Source: an uncultured bacterium | Lineage (GTDB): Bacteria > Krumholzibacteriota > Krumholzibacteriia > Krumholzibacteriales > Krumholzibacteriaceae | Direction of reading: 5' to 3' | Assembly: GCA_963813815.1 (NCBI GenBank) | Contig: CAWFAD010000010.1 | Span: 148,654 to 212,653 of the forward strand | Length of the DNA stretch: 64,000 nucleotides | Shown here: piece after piece, positions 49,799-64,000 of the stretch | Layout of the letters: each line of letters begins with the position of its first letter | Position numbering within the stretch: position 1 is the stretch's first letter | Notes under the pieces: model-generated | What the model was told of the DNA's origin: nothing | What the model saw: the letters and a program-made list of their open reading frames with translations, nothing else | Databases searched by the model: none | Made by a program: the position numbers and the translations under genes

Positions 49799-50782
49799 AT
49801 GAAAAAGGCCGCTATAGCTTTTATTGCGTTTTCAGCGCTCATGACGGGACTCAGCGCTTCTCTCGGCGCGCAGTGCCAGCCCGTTCTGGCCCTCGCGTCG
49901 AGCGCCTCGGGATCGGCGTACTACGTGAGGATGGCCGTTCATTTCGGCGAGGTGTACTCGGTTCCGAACGACATCATATGCTCACGGAGCCTGATAGAGG
50001 GCGAGAACGTCGTCAGCGTCCCCGTCTGGATCTATAACCTTCATCAGGGGATCGACTACGTCGAGTTCTCGGTCGCGTCGAACGAGAGCCTCGGCGTCTT
50101 TATCCCCGACAACTCCTTCGCGATCGTCTCGAGCGTCTCGTCGCGCACGGAGGAAGGATACCGGATCGACCTCATCATGGAAACGCCCACCGCCGTCTGC
50201 GGAAGCGCCAGGCTCGGTTACGCCGAAGTCCATCGCGTCAACGGATGCGATCCGGTGTGGATCGATCTCGGGCCGAACGCGATCACGGGCCGGATGATCG
50301 CCCGCGACGCGAGCGGCGAGCTGCACTACGTCTTTTCGCCCCAGCACGGGGGATACCTCGGCCAGGAATATCTCTACGCCTGCCAGGAGCCGATCTGCGA
50401 GGAGCCGAACATGACGGCCACCTGCTTCGAGGTCGTACCCGACGTCAATTGCCGGGTCAGACTTCGCTGGAACGCCGGCAGCGGCAATTGCTCGATGATC
50501 CGGTGGAGCACGAACCGCTACCCGACGAGCATCGCGGACGGGGAGCTCGCCGTTGAGATCCCCACGAGCCAGGGGCAGATCTACGACGTCTCCGTTTATC
50601 ACGAGGAGCTTTCGGCGACGACGCCGCTCTACTACACAGTGTTTTCGATCACGCGCGATCCCTCCGGTCTCATCGTCCGCGATTCCTTCGTCGAGTGCGT
50701 CGCTCTCGGCTATACGTACATGAGGTGTCCGGTCGCGACCGAGGAAACGAGCTGGGGAACGATCAAGAGCCTCTACCGGTAG
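49799..50782 (+). CDS. Secreted Cys-rich hypothetical protein (FnIII-like C-terminal part) with C-terminal SWGxIK motif
   Basis: Signal peptide MKKAAIAFIAFSAL; V.L.W..YPTSIADG..YY.VFS; ends VATEETSWGTIKSLYR. Confidence 0.8.
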   Translation: MKKAAIAFIAFSALMTGLSASLGAQCQPVLALASSASGSAYYVRMAVHFGEVYSVPNDIICSRSLIEGENVVSVPVWIYNLHQGIDYVEFSVASNESLGVFIPDNSFAIVSSVSSRTEEGYRIDLIMETPTAVCGSARLGYAEVHRVNGCDPVWIDLGPNAITGRMIARDASGELHYVFSPQHGGYLGQEYLYACQEPICEEPNMTATCFEVVPDVNCRVRLRWNAGSGNCSMIRWSTNRYPTSIADGELAVEIPTSQGQIYDVSVYHEELSATTPLYYTVFSITRDPSGLIVRDSFVECVALGYTYMRCPVATEETSWGTIKSLYR

Positions 50783-50805
50783 GGGCGGTTCCGGTTCGAT
50801 CCCGT

Positions 50806-51490
50806 CTATTCCATCGCGGCGAGCAGGGCGTCGAGCTCCGCGAGTCCGTCGAGCGCGAGGTCCGCGCCCGCGATGCCGAGCTTCCTCGTAATCCCCGTTT
50901 CGATGAGCACGACGCGCATGCCCGCGTCGCGCGCGCTCCGCACGCCCTTTTCCGCGTCCTCGACGGCGAGACAGCGGCCGGGCTCGATGCCGAGCTCCGC
51001 CGCCGCGGCGAGGTAGGTGTCGGGATGCGGCTTCCAGCGCTCGATGTTGTCCTTGCCGACCACGGCGTCGAAGTGCCGGTCGAGCCCGCACGCGACGAGA
51101 ATCGCCCGAATATCCGCCTCGTACGATCCCGACGCGATCGCGAGCGCGAGGCGCCGACGGCGCAGCCGCTCGATGACGGAGGCCGCTTCGGGGAAGGGCC
51201 GTGATGATCCCGGATCTGCAGAATCCCGCGTAGATGGGATCTTTCTCCGCTCGAATCGCGGACGGATCGAGGTCGAGCCGGTGGCGGCGGATCTCGCCCT
51301 CCGCCCCGCCGCCGCGCGAGGTCCACTCGAGCCAGTATTCGTCGCGGTCTATCACGTGGCCCCGGTTCGCGAACACCCGCGCGTAGGCCTCGTAGTGGTA
51401 CGGCTCCGAGTCGACGATAACGTTGTCGAAGTCGAAGATGACGGCCTCAGAGCCGTCGAGGAGACGTTTGAGGGTTTCGATGCCGCTCAA
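50806..51490 (-). CDS. HAD-superfamily phosphatase (beta-PGM-like); one-base frameshift near 51200 (probable sequencing error)
   Basis: IFDFDNVIVDSE in one frame; AIASGS, KPHPDTYL, AVEDAEKG in another; removing one base restores IITPFPEAA. Confidence 0.85.
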
Positions 51491-52362
51491 GGTGCGCCTC
51501 CCGCGCGCGCGCCGTTCCAGGACCTTCCCAGAACGTCCGTCGTGAGCCTCACGGGAACGAGGTAGCGGAAGAGCCGGTACATGAGGAAGCACTCGAGCGC
51601 GAAGGGAGGAAACCCGAGGAACCCGAGGACCGGCATCTCGAAGAGCTTCACTCCCGGGAGGTAGGGAACGTGGTAGTGCCACTTCGTCGCCGCCCGGAAG
51701 TTCCAGGCCTCCCAGAGCAATCCGCACACGGCGCCCGAGACGAGGAGCGCGACGAGAAGCGAGTAGTCTCCCCGCCGCATCTGGCCGCCGAACGAGCCGA
51801 TGCCGCGCCGGTCGTTCATCCCCTCGAACCAGAGAAGCACGCTCACCCAGGGGAGCGGAGCGAGCCAGGGGGACGGGAACACGAGCACGACGGCGAAGAG
51901 CGCGAGCCCCGCGAAGAAAAAGGCCGTCTCGACGGCCGGCGGAATGTCGAGGGGACGCCGCCTCCGCAAACCGTCTCCCATGAAAGATTCGACGAGCTCG
52001 GCCGTGACGAAGATCGCCGGCGTGATCGTGGCGTACGACCAGGCGTACCCGAGGGCCCGCGCGACCGCGCTCTCGGGGAGATTCACGTACGACCAGTTTC
52101 CGAGGAGCAGATTCACGCCCTCGAAAACGTACCAGCTCGCGACGGAGATGGGGAGAAGGAGCAGAAACTCGAGCCGCCGCGCCGTGAGGGGCGAGGCGCC
52201 GGTGCGCGAGGCGAGGGCGGCGTCGACCATGAGGATGTAGCCCGTCCATGCGAGAGGAGTGAAGAAGCTTCCGACCCACGCGTTCCCCGCGCCGAGAAGC
52301 GCCTCGGAAGCGATCACGATTCCGAGCCCCGCGATCGCGTGGAGTGGGAGACGGTGTTTCAT
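51487..52362 (-). CDS. Multi-pass integral membrane hypothetical protein
   Basis: Many TM helices; FE..N..L.NW.Y, G.LWE.WNF.A..KW.Y..P, LFEMP.LG.LGFPPF.LEC. Confidence 0.75.
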   Translation of the reverse strand: MKHRLPLHAIAGLGIVIASEALLGAGNAWVGSFFTPLAWTGYILMVDAALASRTGASPLTARRLEFLLLLPISVASWYVFEGVNLLLGNWSYVNLPESAVARALGYAWSYATITPAIFVTAELVESFMGDGLRRRRPLDIPPAVETAFFFAGLALFAVVLVFPSPWLAPLPWVSVLLWFEGMNDRRGIGSFGGQMRRGDYSLLVALLVSGAVCGLLWEAWNFRAATKWHYHVPYLPGVKLFEMPVLGFLGFPPFALECFLMYRLFRYLVPVRLTTDVLGRSWNGARAGGAP

Positions 52363-52602
52363 GGCCGGTGCTCCTGTCTGCGGTGAACTCCGCGCGTTCT
52401 CCGCGCCGGGCGCATTCGAATCGCGGCGCGCCGGCGAGCCGAAAGCGCGCCCGACACTCTAGCACGGCGCGACCCCGGGGACAAGGGCTCGATCGAGACC
52501 GCCGTCCGCCGGGCGGCGGGGCGCGGCGAGGGGGCTCCGGCGGGGCGCGACGCGGCGAAAAAAACGCTTGGGGGGGCGAACCGCTCGTTTTATCTTATCG
52601 CG

Positions 52603-53382
52603 ATGGTGAAGGAACGATTTACGAGATACTCCTTCGGCGCGGCGAGCGACCGCGGGTCTGTCCGCGAGCGTAACGAGGATTACTTCGGCATCTACGCTCC
52701 GCAGACCGCGGAGCTCGAGGATTCGCTCGGCATACTGGCCGTCGTATCGGACGGCATGGGCGGCCATCTCTCGGGCGCCGAGGCGAGCAGGAAGGCGGTC
52801 GAAACGCTCGGCGAGGCGTACTTCGCCGGCGGCTCCGGCGCCGGGCAGCTCGTCCCCGCGCCGGCGAACAGGCTCCGGTGGGCCTTTCTCGAGGCGAACC
52901 GCCGGGTCTACGAGACGATCGGCGAGGGCCACAACGGCATGGCGGGCACGACGTGCACGGCGGCCGTGATGCTCCCCGAGAGCGTTATCATCGCCCACGC
53001 GGGCGACTCGCGGGCGTACCTCCTGCGCGCGGGGAGGATCACGCAGCTCACCGAGGATCACAGCATCGTCGGCGAGATGGTGCGCAAGGGCGTTCTCTCG
53101 CGGGAAGAGGCGGCGCGGCACCCGCACCGCAACATCATCACGCGGGCGATGGGTCTGAGGGAGAATCTCGACGTCGATCTCGACTCTCCGGTCGCGCTCG
53201 AAAGCGGCGACCGGGTCCTCATCTGCAGCGACGGGCTCTTTTCGATGCTCGTAGAGAGCGAAATAGCGGAGATCGCCTCGAAGGGCAGCCCGGAGAAGGC
53301 CTGTCAGAAGCTCGTGAAGCGCGCGAAGGAAGAGGGAGGGAGCGACAACATCACCGTGCTCATCGCCGAGAAGACCGGCTGA
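52603..53382 (+). CDS. PP2C-family Ser/Thr protein phosphatase (Stp1/PrpC-like)
   Basis: GSVRERNED, VSDGMGGH, GTT, HAGDSRAY, CSDGL, GGSDNIT. Confidence 0.95.
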   Translation: MVKERFTRYSFGAASDRGSVRERNEDYFGIYAPQTAELEDSLGILAVVSDGMGGHLSGAEASRKAVETLGEAYFAGGSGAGQLVPAPANRLRWAFLEANRRVYETIGEGHNGMAGTTCTAAVMLPESVIIAHAGDSRAYLLRAGRITQLTEDHSIVGEMVRKGVLSREEAARHPHRNIITRAMGLRENLDVDLDSPVALESGDRVLICSDGLFSMLVESEIAEIASKGSPEKACQKLVKRAKEEGGSDNITVLIAEKTG

Positions 53383-53447
53383 GACGCTCCGCGTCCCCGC
53401 GTCCGCGCCCGAATCCGCCGACCCCTCCACGGATCGCAATCCCCGGA

Positions 53448-54101
53448 TCAGAACACCAGATTGAACGCTCCCCCGATGAGCGTGCGCTCGTCGAACGAGA
53501 TCTCGGCGAGCAGCTGACTGTCCTTCGATACGGCGATTTTGACGCCCGCGCGGACGATGCCGTCCGCCTTCGTCTTCTCGTCCTCGACGGGGCACACGGC
53601 GCCGGGAGGATCGCAGATGATCTCGATCTTTTGCTCGTACCTCCTCGCCGCGACGACGAACGAGAGGTACGGCTCGATCGCCCGGCCGGAGGAGCCCGCG
53701 AACGCGCCGCTCGCGAGAACGCCGAGCGCGAGCTCGAATCGGGATCTCTCGTCCGAGTCGAGCAGGCCGCCCGAGAGATCGAGCGCGAGGGCGAGGGGAA
53801 CGTCCTCGCGGCTCTCGAGCAGGGCCAGCTTGACGTCGACTCCGCCTCCGATGGAGCTTCGCCCTTCGAGGCGGTCGAGGCCGAGCTCGAAGCCGACGTC
53901 GCTCGACCGCGAGAGGCGAAAGCGAAGGACCGCGCCGGTGCGGAACGCGTCGTTTCCGGCGAGCATGAAGATGGCGCCCTCGCCGTCGGAAGAGGGGGCC
54001 GCGGTCGTGAGCTGCGCGAGCGACTGTCCCCGCGCGCCGGAAGCGCCAAGCGCGATGGCCGCCGAGAGAATGAGGACGTTTTTCAGTCGAATTGGCCGCA
54101 T
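53448..54101 (-). CDS. Hypothetical outer-membrane beta-barrel protein
   Basis: Signal peptide; alternating strands; C-terminal Phe (GGAFNLVF). Confidence 0.65.
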   Translation of the reverse strand: MRPIRLKNVLILSAAIALGASGARGQSLAQLTTAAPSSDGEGAIFMLAGNDAFRTGAVLRFRLSRSSDVGFELGLDRLEGRSSIGGGVDVKLALLESREDVPLALALDLSGGLLDSDERSRFELALGVLASGAFAGSSGRAIEPYLSFVVAARRYEQKIEIICDPPGAVCPVEDEKTKADGIVRAGVKIAVSKDSQLLAEISFDERTLIGGAFNLVF

Positions 54102-54249
54102 GAAACCAACTATACTAGAAGTGGAGGCCGAGGGAGTCAATTGTTTCCGTTCCCCGTTGCGTTTTTATTGCGCATCTCGTTGTAAATAAAATAGATATAG
54201 CGCTGATAACCCGCCGAAAACGGAGCTGGGAATTTTCTGGAAAATCATA

Positions 54250-54302
54250 TTGACACCCTATATCTGGTATGCAATATTGTGGCTCGCCCCAATAGCTAGT
54301 AG
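54250..54302 (+). promoter_or_regulatory. Promoter -35 overlapped by tandem NrdR boxes
   Basis: TTGACA 54250-54255; ACCCTATATCTGGTAT (54255-54270) and CCCCAATAGCTAGTAG (54287-54302), 32 bp apart, resembling acaCwAtATaTwGtgt, upstream of an RNR gene. Confidence 0.8.
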
Positions 54303-54367
54303 CGGAAAAAACGGAACGGGGCGATTCTTCTGACAGGATCTAAATTATTAAAGGAACGGGGGTTGGG

Positions 54368-55486
54368 ATGAGCACGCCTCGGATAAAGCCGCAGCTTTCA
54401 GAAAACACTCTGCGAGTGCTTGAAAAGCGATATCTGCGCAAGGATATCGACGGGAACGTCACCGAATCCCCCGAGGAGCTGTTCCAGCGGGTCGCATCCA
54501 ACGTTTCGTCCGCCGAGCGGCTGTACGGCAAGGCGGAGAAATGCCGGCTCTGGAACGACGAGTACTACGACATGATGGCCTCCCTCGATTTTCTGCCGAA
54601 CTCTCCGACTCTCATGAACGCGGGCGCGGAGCTGCAGCAGCTCTCCGCCTGCTTCGTGCTGCCGATCGACGACTCGATGGAGAGCATCTTCGAGACGATC
54701 AAGCACACGGCGCTCATCCACAAGAGCGGGGGCGGCACGGGATTCTCCTTCTCGCGCATCCGGCCCCGCAACGACGTCGTCAAAACGACCAAGGGAATCT
54801 CGAGCGGCCCCATTTCCTTCATGACGGTGTTCGACGCGGCGACCGAGACGGTCAAGCAGGGAGGCACGCGCCGCGGCGCCAACATGGCGATCCTGCGCGT
54901 CGACCATCCCGATATCCTCGATTTCATCTCGGCGAAACGCGAGAACAACCGGCTCAACAACTTCAACATCTCGGTCGGCGTCACCGAGGAGTTCATGAAG
55001 GCGGTCAGGGAGAACGGCGATTACGCCCTCACCAACCCGCACGGCGGCGAGATCGTCGACCGCATCAGCGCGCGCAAGGTGTACGAGATGATCATCGAGT
55101 TCGCGTGGAAGAACGGCGAACCGGGGATCGTTTTCCTCGACCGGATCAACCGCTTCAATCCGACGCCGAACGTCGGCGAGATCGAGAGCACGAATCCCTG
55201 CGGCGAACAGCCGCTGCTGCCCTACGAGTCGTGCAACCTCGGCTCGATCAACCTTTCGCACATGATCGACCGGTCGGGTCCCAAACCCGCGATCGATTTC
55301 AAGAAGCTCGGCGCCATCGTTCAGAAAGCGATCCGCTTCCTCGACGACGTCATCGACATGAACCGGTATCCGCTCGAGAAGATCCGCGAGATGACGCTGA
55401 AGAACCGGAAAATCGGGCTCGGCGTCATGGGATTCGCCGACATGCTCATCTCCCTCGAGATCCCGTACAACTCGACCGAGGCGCTG
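54368..55486 (+). CDS. nrdJ: Class II (B12-dependent) ribonucleotide reductase, 5' part only; cut at the apparent chimeric junction
   Basis: [55 protein letters not shown]; homology ends at PYNSTEAL. Confidence 0.88.
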
Positions 55487-55490
55487 CGCT
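55481..55490. other. Probable chimeric junction between two genomes or reads
   Basis: Abrupt end of nrdJ; shift in codon style; indel density jumps downstream. Confidence 0.8.
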
Positions 55491-55575
55491 GGAGCGGCTC
55501 GCGGGGTAGGCGATCGTGTAGAGGACTCTCACGGTCGCCCTTGCCCGGGCGCCGTCGGGCCGGATCGTGGATCGC

Positions 55576-56743
55576 ATGGCCCTCGTCACCACCATCCGCT
55601 CGCTCCTGGTCTCCGCCGTGGTCCTGCTCGTGCCGGCCACCGCCGCCGTGGCCGCCCCGGCCGACGACGCCGCCGGCCCCGACGCCGGCGCCCTGATCAT
55701 CGGCGGCGCACCCGTGGGCGATGGCTCATGGCCCTCGATCGCCGCGCTCGTCCCGGCCGGCGGCGCGCCGAGCTCAGCACCTTCTGCGGCGGCACGCTGA
55801 TCGCCCCGACGGTGGTCCTGACCGCCGCGCACTGCGTCCTCGAGGCCTCCGGCTCCTCGAAGCCCGCCGGCGCGGTCGAGGCGCTCCTCGGCACGGAGGA
55901 CCTGACGGCTGCCCGCCGAGCGCATCGCGGTCGCCGAGATCCGCGTCCACCCCGGCTACCGCGTGGAGGGCGACGCCCCCGACGCGGCACTGCTGGTGCT
56001 GGCCCGCCCCTCCGCCGCGCCGGTCGCCGCCTACGCCGCGGCCGCGGCCCAGGACCGCGACGCCGAGCGAGCGGGCGCCATCGCGGGCTGGGGCGAGGAG
56101 GGCGACGGCACCGCCGTCTACCCGACGCGCCTGATCGCGCCCGCGTCACGATCTTCAGCGCGGCCCGTTGCCGGGAGATGCTCGGCTCCGCGTTCCACGT
56201 CGGCGGCGCGCTCTGCGCCGGCCGCCCCGAGGGCGGGGCCGACACCTGCGCGGGCGACAGCGGCGGCCCCCTCCGCGACGACGCCGGCCTCGTCGTCGGC
56301 ATCACCAGCTGGGGCGTCGGCTGCGGCCGTCCCGGCCTGCCGGGCGTCTACACGCGCGTCGCCTCGGTCTCCGGGTGGATCGCGAAGGCCATGGCGGCAC
56401 CGGCCGGCTCGGCGCAGGCCGCCGCGCCGGCCCGCGCCCCCGGGTCCGCGCGCTCGCGGCCCACGGCCGCCGGGGCGCGACCGCCCGCCTGCGCTACCGG
56501 CTCGCCGGCCGCGGCGAGAGCACCCGCGAGGCCATCTCGATCCGCGTGGGCCGCCGGGTGATCGCCCGCATCCGCACCGACGCCGGCCCCGCCCACGCCG
56601 ACGTGGAGTATTCGGTCTCCTGGCGCATCCCGCGCCGGCTGGCGGCCTCCTCCCGCCTGAGCTTCTGCGTGGCGACCCGGGTCGTGGCCGGCCCCGGCGG
56701 CGGCGCCCCCTCGTGTGCGCCGCTTCGGCTCATCCGGGGCTGA
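55576..56743 (+). CDS. Secreted trypsin-like (S1) serine protease, multiple frameshifts
   Basis: [50 protein letters not shown] spread over several frames. Confidence 0.85.
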
Positions 56744-57066
56744 TCGCCCCTCGGCGGGTGCGCGATGTGAGCCTCGCCGCAGTCGTCCGCTCGGCCCGTC
56801 GCGGCTCGGGGCGCGGCCCGGGGCGCCGCCAGGCGACGGAGGCGGCGTTTTCCGCATCTGAGCGGTTTTCGCGAGTTCCGGACGGATCGGGCGCGCGGGG
56901 GCGGGCACGGGCCCGTCGGGCCCGCGGGCGGTGCCCGGCACGCTCCCGGGCGGGGCGACTTTCACAGAGAACCGCGCTACGACGGGGATTTCGTCCGTAC
57001 GACGCTGCTAGGTTGGCCGCGCGGGGAGGCCTGCTCCCGCATACATCGAGCCAGGGGGTCTGCAGT

Positions 57067-57363
57067 GTGAACAAGACCGAGTTCGTCGCCAAGGTCGCCG
57101 CCAAGGCCGAGATGAGCGGTGCCGAGGCCGGGCGCGCGGTCGCACGCCGTGCTCGATGTCATCCAGGACGCCCTCAAGAACGGCGAGGATGTCGCGTTCG
57201 CCGGCTTCGGCAAGTTCTCCGTCTCGCGCCGCGCCGCCCGGACCGGCGTCAACCCGCAGGATCCGTCGAAGAAGGTCGAGATCCCGGCGCGCACCGTTCC
57301 GCGCTTCACCCCGGGGGCCGTCCTCAAGGAGGCCGTCGCCGCGGGCAACAAGGGCAGAAGTAG
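57067..57363 (+). CDS. hup: HU family DNA-binding protein (frameshift near 57140)
   Basis: VNKTEFVAKVA in one frame; FAGFGKF..RAARTGVNPQ..IPA..VPRF.PG..LK in another. Confidence 0.88.
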   Translation: MNKTEFVAKVAAKAEMSGAEAGRAVARRARCHPGRPQERRGCRVRRLRQVLRLAPRRPDRRQPAGSVEEGRDPGAHRSALHPGGRPQGGRRRGQQGQK

Positions 57364-57451
57364 CACACCGAGGCAGGCTCACGGAGCGCGCGGCCCGTCG
57401 TCCGGCGGGCCGCGCGCGCCGTCACCTGATGGGCGCCCGCCGGAGGTCGCC

Positions 57452-58688
57452 GTGAGCGTCCGTGACAGGTCGGCCGCGCCGGCAGCGCCGCGCGCGCCGC
57501 CCACCCCGGCCTCGCGCCGGCCACGCGCCGGCCGTCGCCGACGCGCTCGAGCGGGATGGCCCGGGCTACTCGGCGACTCGATCCGAGTCGTGCTCGCCGC
57601 GAACGCGGTCGACGTCGCCGCCGCCGAGGGTGTCGCTCGCGCCCGGCGCTGGTGGACCGGCTCCGGCTCGACGCGGAGCGGCTCGGCCGGATGAGCGACC
57701 AGATCGCCGCGCTCGCCGCGCTCGCCGGACATCGAGGAACCGGCGGGCTCGCGCGCGCTCCCCGACGGCCTCGTGATGCGCGAGCGCCGGCGCCCGGTCG
57801 GGCGTGATCGGCGCCAACTACGAGGCGCGGCCCAACGTGACGGTCGACGTCGCCTCGCAGCTGGTCAAGTCGCGCAACGCGGGCGTGCTGCGCACGGGCG
57901 CGGCCGCGCTCCGCTCGGCGATCGCGCTCCGCGACGAGGTCATCGCGCCCGCGCTGGCCGACGGCGGGCCTCGACCCGGCGCGATCCAGCTGGTGCGCTC
58001 GCGCCGACCGCGAGGCGGCGCGCGCGCTGGTGTCGCTGCCGCGCCTGATCCCGCTGGTGATCCTGCGCGGAAGCGGCGAGACGACGTCGTCGCTCGCGCC
58101 GCGAGGCGGCCGCGCACGGCGTCCGCACGCTCGCCCACGCCGAGGGCGGCGGGGTGCTCTACATCGACCGCGCCGCCGACCGGGCGCGGGCGCTGGCGCT
58201 GGTGGAGGGCAGCCTCGACCGGCTCGGGCGTCTGCAACCGCCTCAACCTGCTGCTGATCGACGAGGCGGCCTGGGACGAGCGTGCTGCCCGCGGTCGCTG
58301 CCGGTGCTCGAGCGGCTCGGCATCCGCGCCAGCCTGCCGCCCCACCCGCACCCGCTCGGCCACGAGTGGGCGCTCGACGACGGCAAGGAGGCCACGGTGA
58401 CGATCGCGCCGTCGGCCGGGCCGCGCGCGGCCGCGCAGACTCGCCAACGCCGAGACCTCGGGCCTGGCGGCGGCGATCGTCACCGAGGACGCCGGGGCCG
58501 CCGAGACGTTCCTCGCCGCCTACGCCGGCACCGGGGCGTTCTGGAACGCCACCACCCGCCTGCTCGACGGCTTCGCGCTCCTCGGCGCGCCCGAGACCGG
58601 GATCAACGTCGATCACGTGCCCGGGCCCCGCGGCCCGGTGACCTTCCGCGACCTCCATCTGCGCCAGTACGTCGTCGGCCCTCGATGA
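57452..58688 (+). CDS. proA: Gamma-glutamyl phosphate reductase-like protein, multiple frameshifts
   Basis: VLAANAVD, DRLRLD..RL, IGANYEARPNVTVD..SQLVKS.NA, VCNRLNLLL, WNATTRLLDGF..G.PETGI, RGPV fragments. Confidence 0.8.
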
Positions 58689-58863
58689 CATTCGCCGCGA
58701 CGCCCGCCGGAGCCGGGCCGCTTGCTATTGTCTCCCGACCCGCCCGGACGGCGGCGACCATTCTACATGACACGACACCCTCCCCACCACCGAGCCCCGA
58801 CGCGCACCGATGCGCGTGCTCTCGCATGGCGGGGGATCCGTCTGAGGCCCGTCACGGTGCTGT

Positions 58864-59563
58864 TTGCCCCCTAGGCGCGGACCAGACACCCGCCCGCCGG
58901 CCGGCCCCTCGACTCGGATCAACGAGGCGATCCGCGCCGACACCGTGCGGCTCATCGACGCCGAGGGCGAGAACAGGGGCGTCGTCCCCCTCGCCCAGGC
59001 GCAGGAGATCGCGAACACCGCCGGCCTCGACCTCGTCGAGGTGGCCGCCGACGCGCGCCCGCCCGTCTGCCGGATCATGGATTACGGCAAGTGGCGCTAC
59101 GAGCAGGAGCAGAAGGCCAAGCAGGCACGCCGGCACCAGAGCACGATCACCATCAAGGAGATCAAGTTCCGGCCGAAGATCGACCCGCACGACTACGCGA
59201 CCAAGAAGGGTCACGTCGAGCGGTTCCTGCGCGCACCGGGACAAGGTCAAGATCACGATCATGTTCCGCGGCCGCGAGCTCCTGCACCCCGAGCGCGGCG
59301 AGGCGATCCTCCTGCGGCTCGCCGACGAGCTGAAGGACATCGCCATGATCGAGAGCCGCCCGAACCTGGACGGCCGCAACATGGTGATGATGATCGCGCC
59401 GCTGAAGAACCCCGTCGCCGCGGCCGAGAGCGCGCCGACGCCGACGCGCCGGCAGGGCCGGCGACGCCGGCGCCCCGCGCCGGCGCCCGAGGCCGCCGCG
59501 CCGGCCCCGGAGCCGGCGGCGCCGGAGGCCGAGCCCGCAGAGGCCGAGGCCAGCACCTCCTGA
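58864..59563 (+). CDS. infC: Translation initiation factor IF-3 (frameshift near 59232; start uncertain)
   Basis: [20 protein letters not shown]...[46 protein letters not shown]. Confidence 0.92.
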
Positions 59564-59644
59564 TCCGGGCCGCGGCGCCTCGTAGCGGCGGGTGCGAGTC
59601 GTCTATCGTGTCGGCCGGCCCGACGCTCCCGAGGAAGACGGCGC

Positions 59645-64000
<4,356 letters not shown>

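Noticed and set aside
50783..50815. tRNA-like GGTTCGATCCC...CCA motif
   Set aside because: The T-stem does not pair fully, there is no cloverleaf, and it overlaps the ends of two convergent genes.
51190..51205. Split HAD phosphatase
   Set aside because: Removing one base restores a normal protein; probable read error.
55487..55696. Intein, intron or mobile-element insertion in nrdJ
   Set aside because: No intein, integrase or transposase motifs; the downstream DNA is housekeeping genes and the rest of nrdJ never reappears.

Overview
GC-rich bacterial DNA made of two segments that appear to come from different organisms. Positions 1 to ~55,485 are a nearly error-free chromosome segment from a diderm (Gram-negative-type) bacterium. 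Its secreted proteins with FlgD/T9SS-like C-terminal domains and 'SWGxIK' tails suggest an FCB-group candidate lineage such as Latescibacterota/Krumholzibacteriota (inference only). This segment carries a long LptD, HU, an ETF/FadF-like/acyl-CoA dehydrogenase module, LytS/LytTR, lpdA, an M16 protease, ferredoxin-selD, queH, an MrfAB/YprAB-like repair pair, accC, sdhCDAB, a Tat glycosylasparaginase, pyrE, secreted proteins, a glpX-like gene, rarA, a PP2C phosphatase and a class II ribonucleotide reductase. The reductase breaks off at ~55,485. The rest of the window is a heavily frameshifted, actinobacterial-looking block (trypsin-like protease, HU, proA, infC-rpmI-rplT, TrmH-type methylase, pheS-pheT), most likely a chimeric join. 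Most interesting observations: (1) two genes with an in-frame UGA (selenocysteine), namely selD and a lipoprotein that fuses a degenerate UshA-like domain to a tetraheme cytochrome c; (2) a 16-residue C-terminal motif (V[AS]TExTSWGxIK[SA][LM][YF][RK]) shared by two unrelated secreted proteins, a candidate sorting signal that coexists with FlgD/T9SS-like tails; (3) NrdR-like boxes upstream of an uncharacterised operon of small zinc-binding proteins; (4) several apparent pseudo-enzymes. No rRNA, tRNA, CRISPR array or mobile element was recognised.
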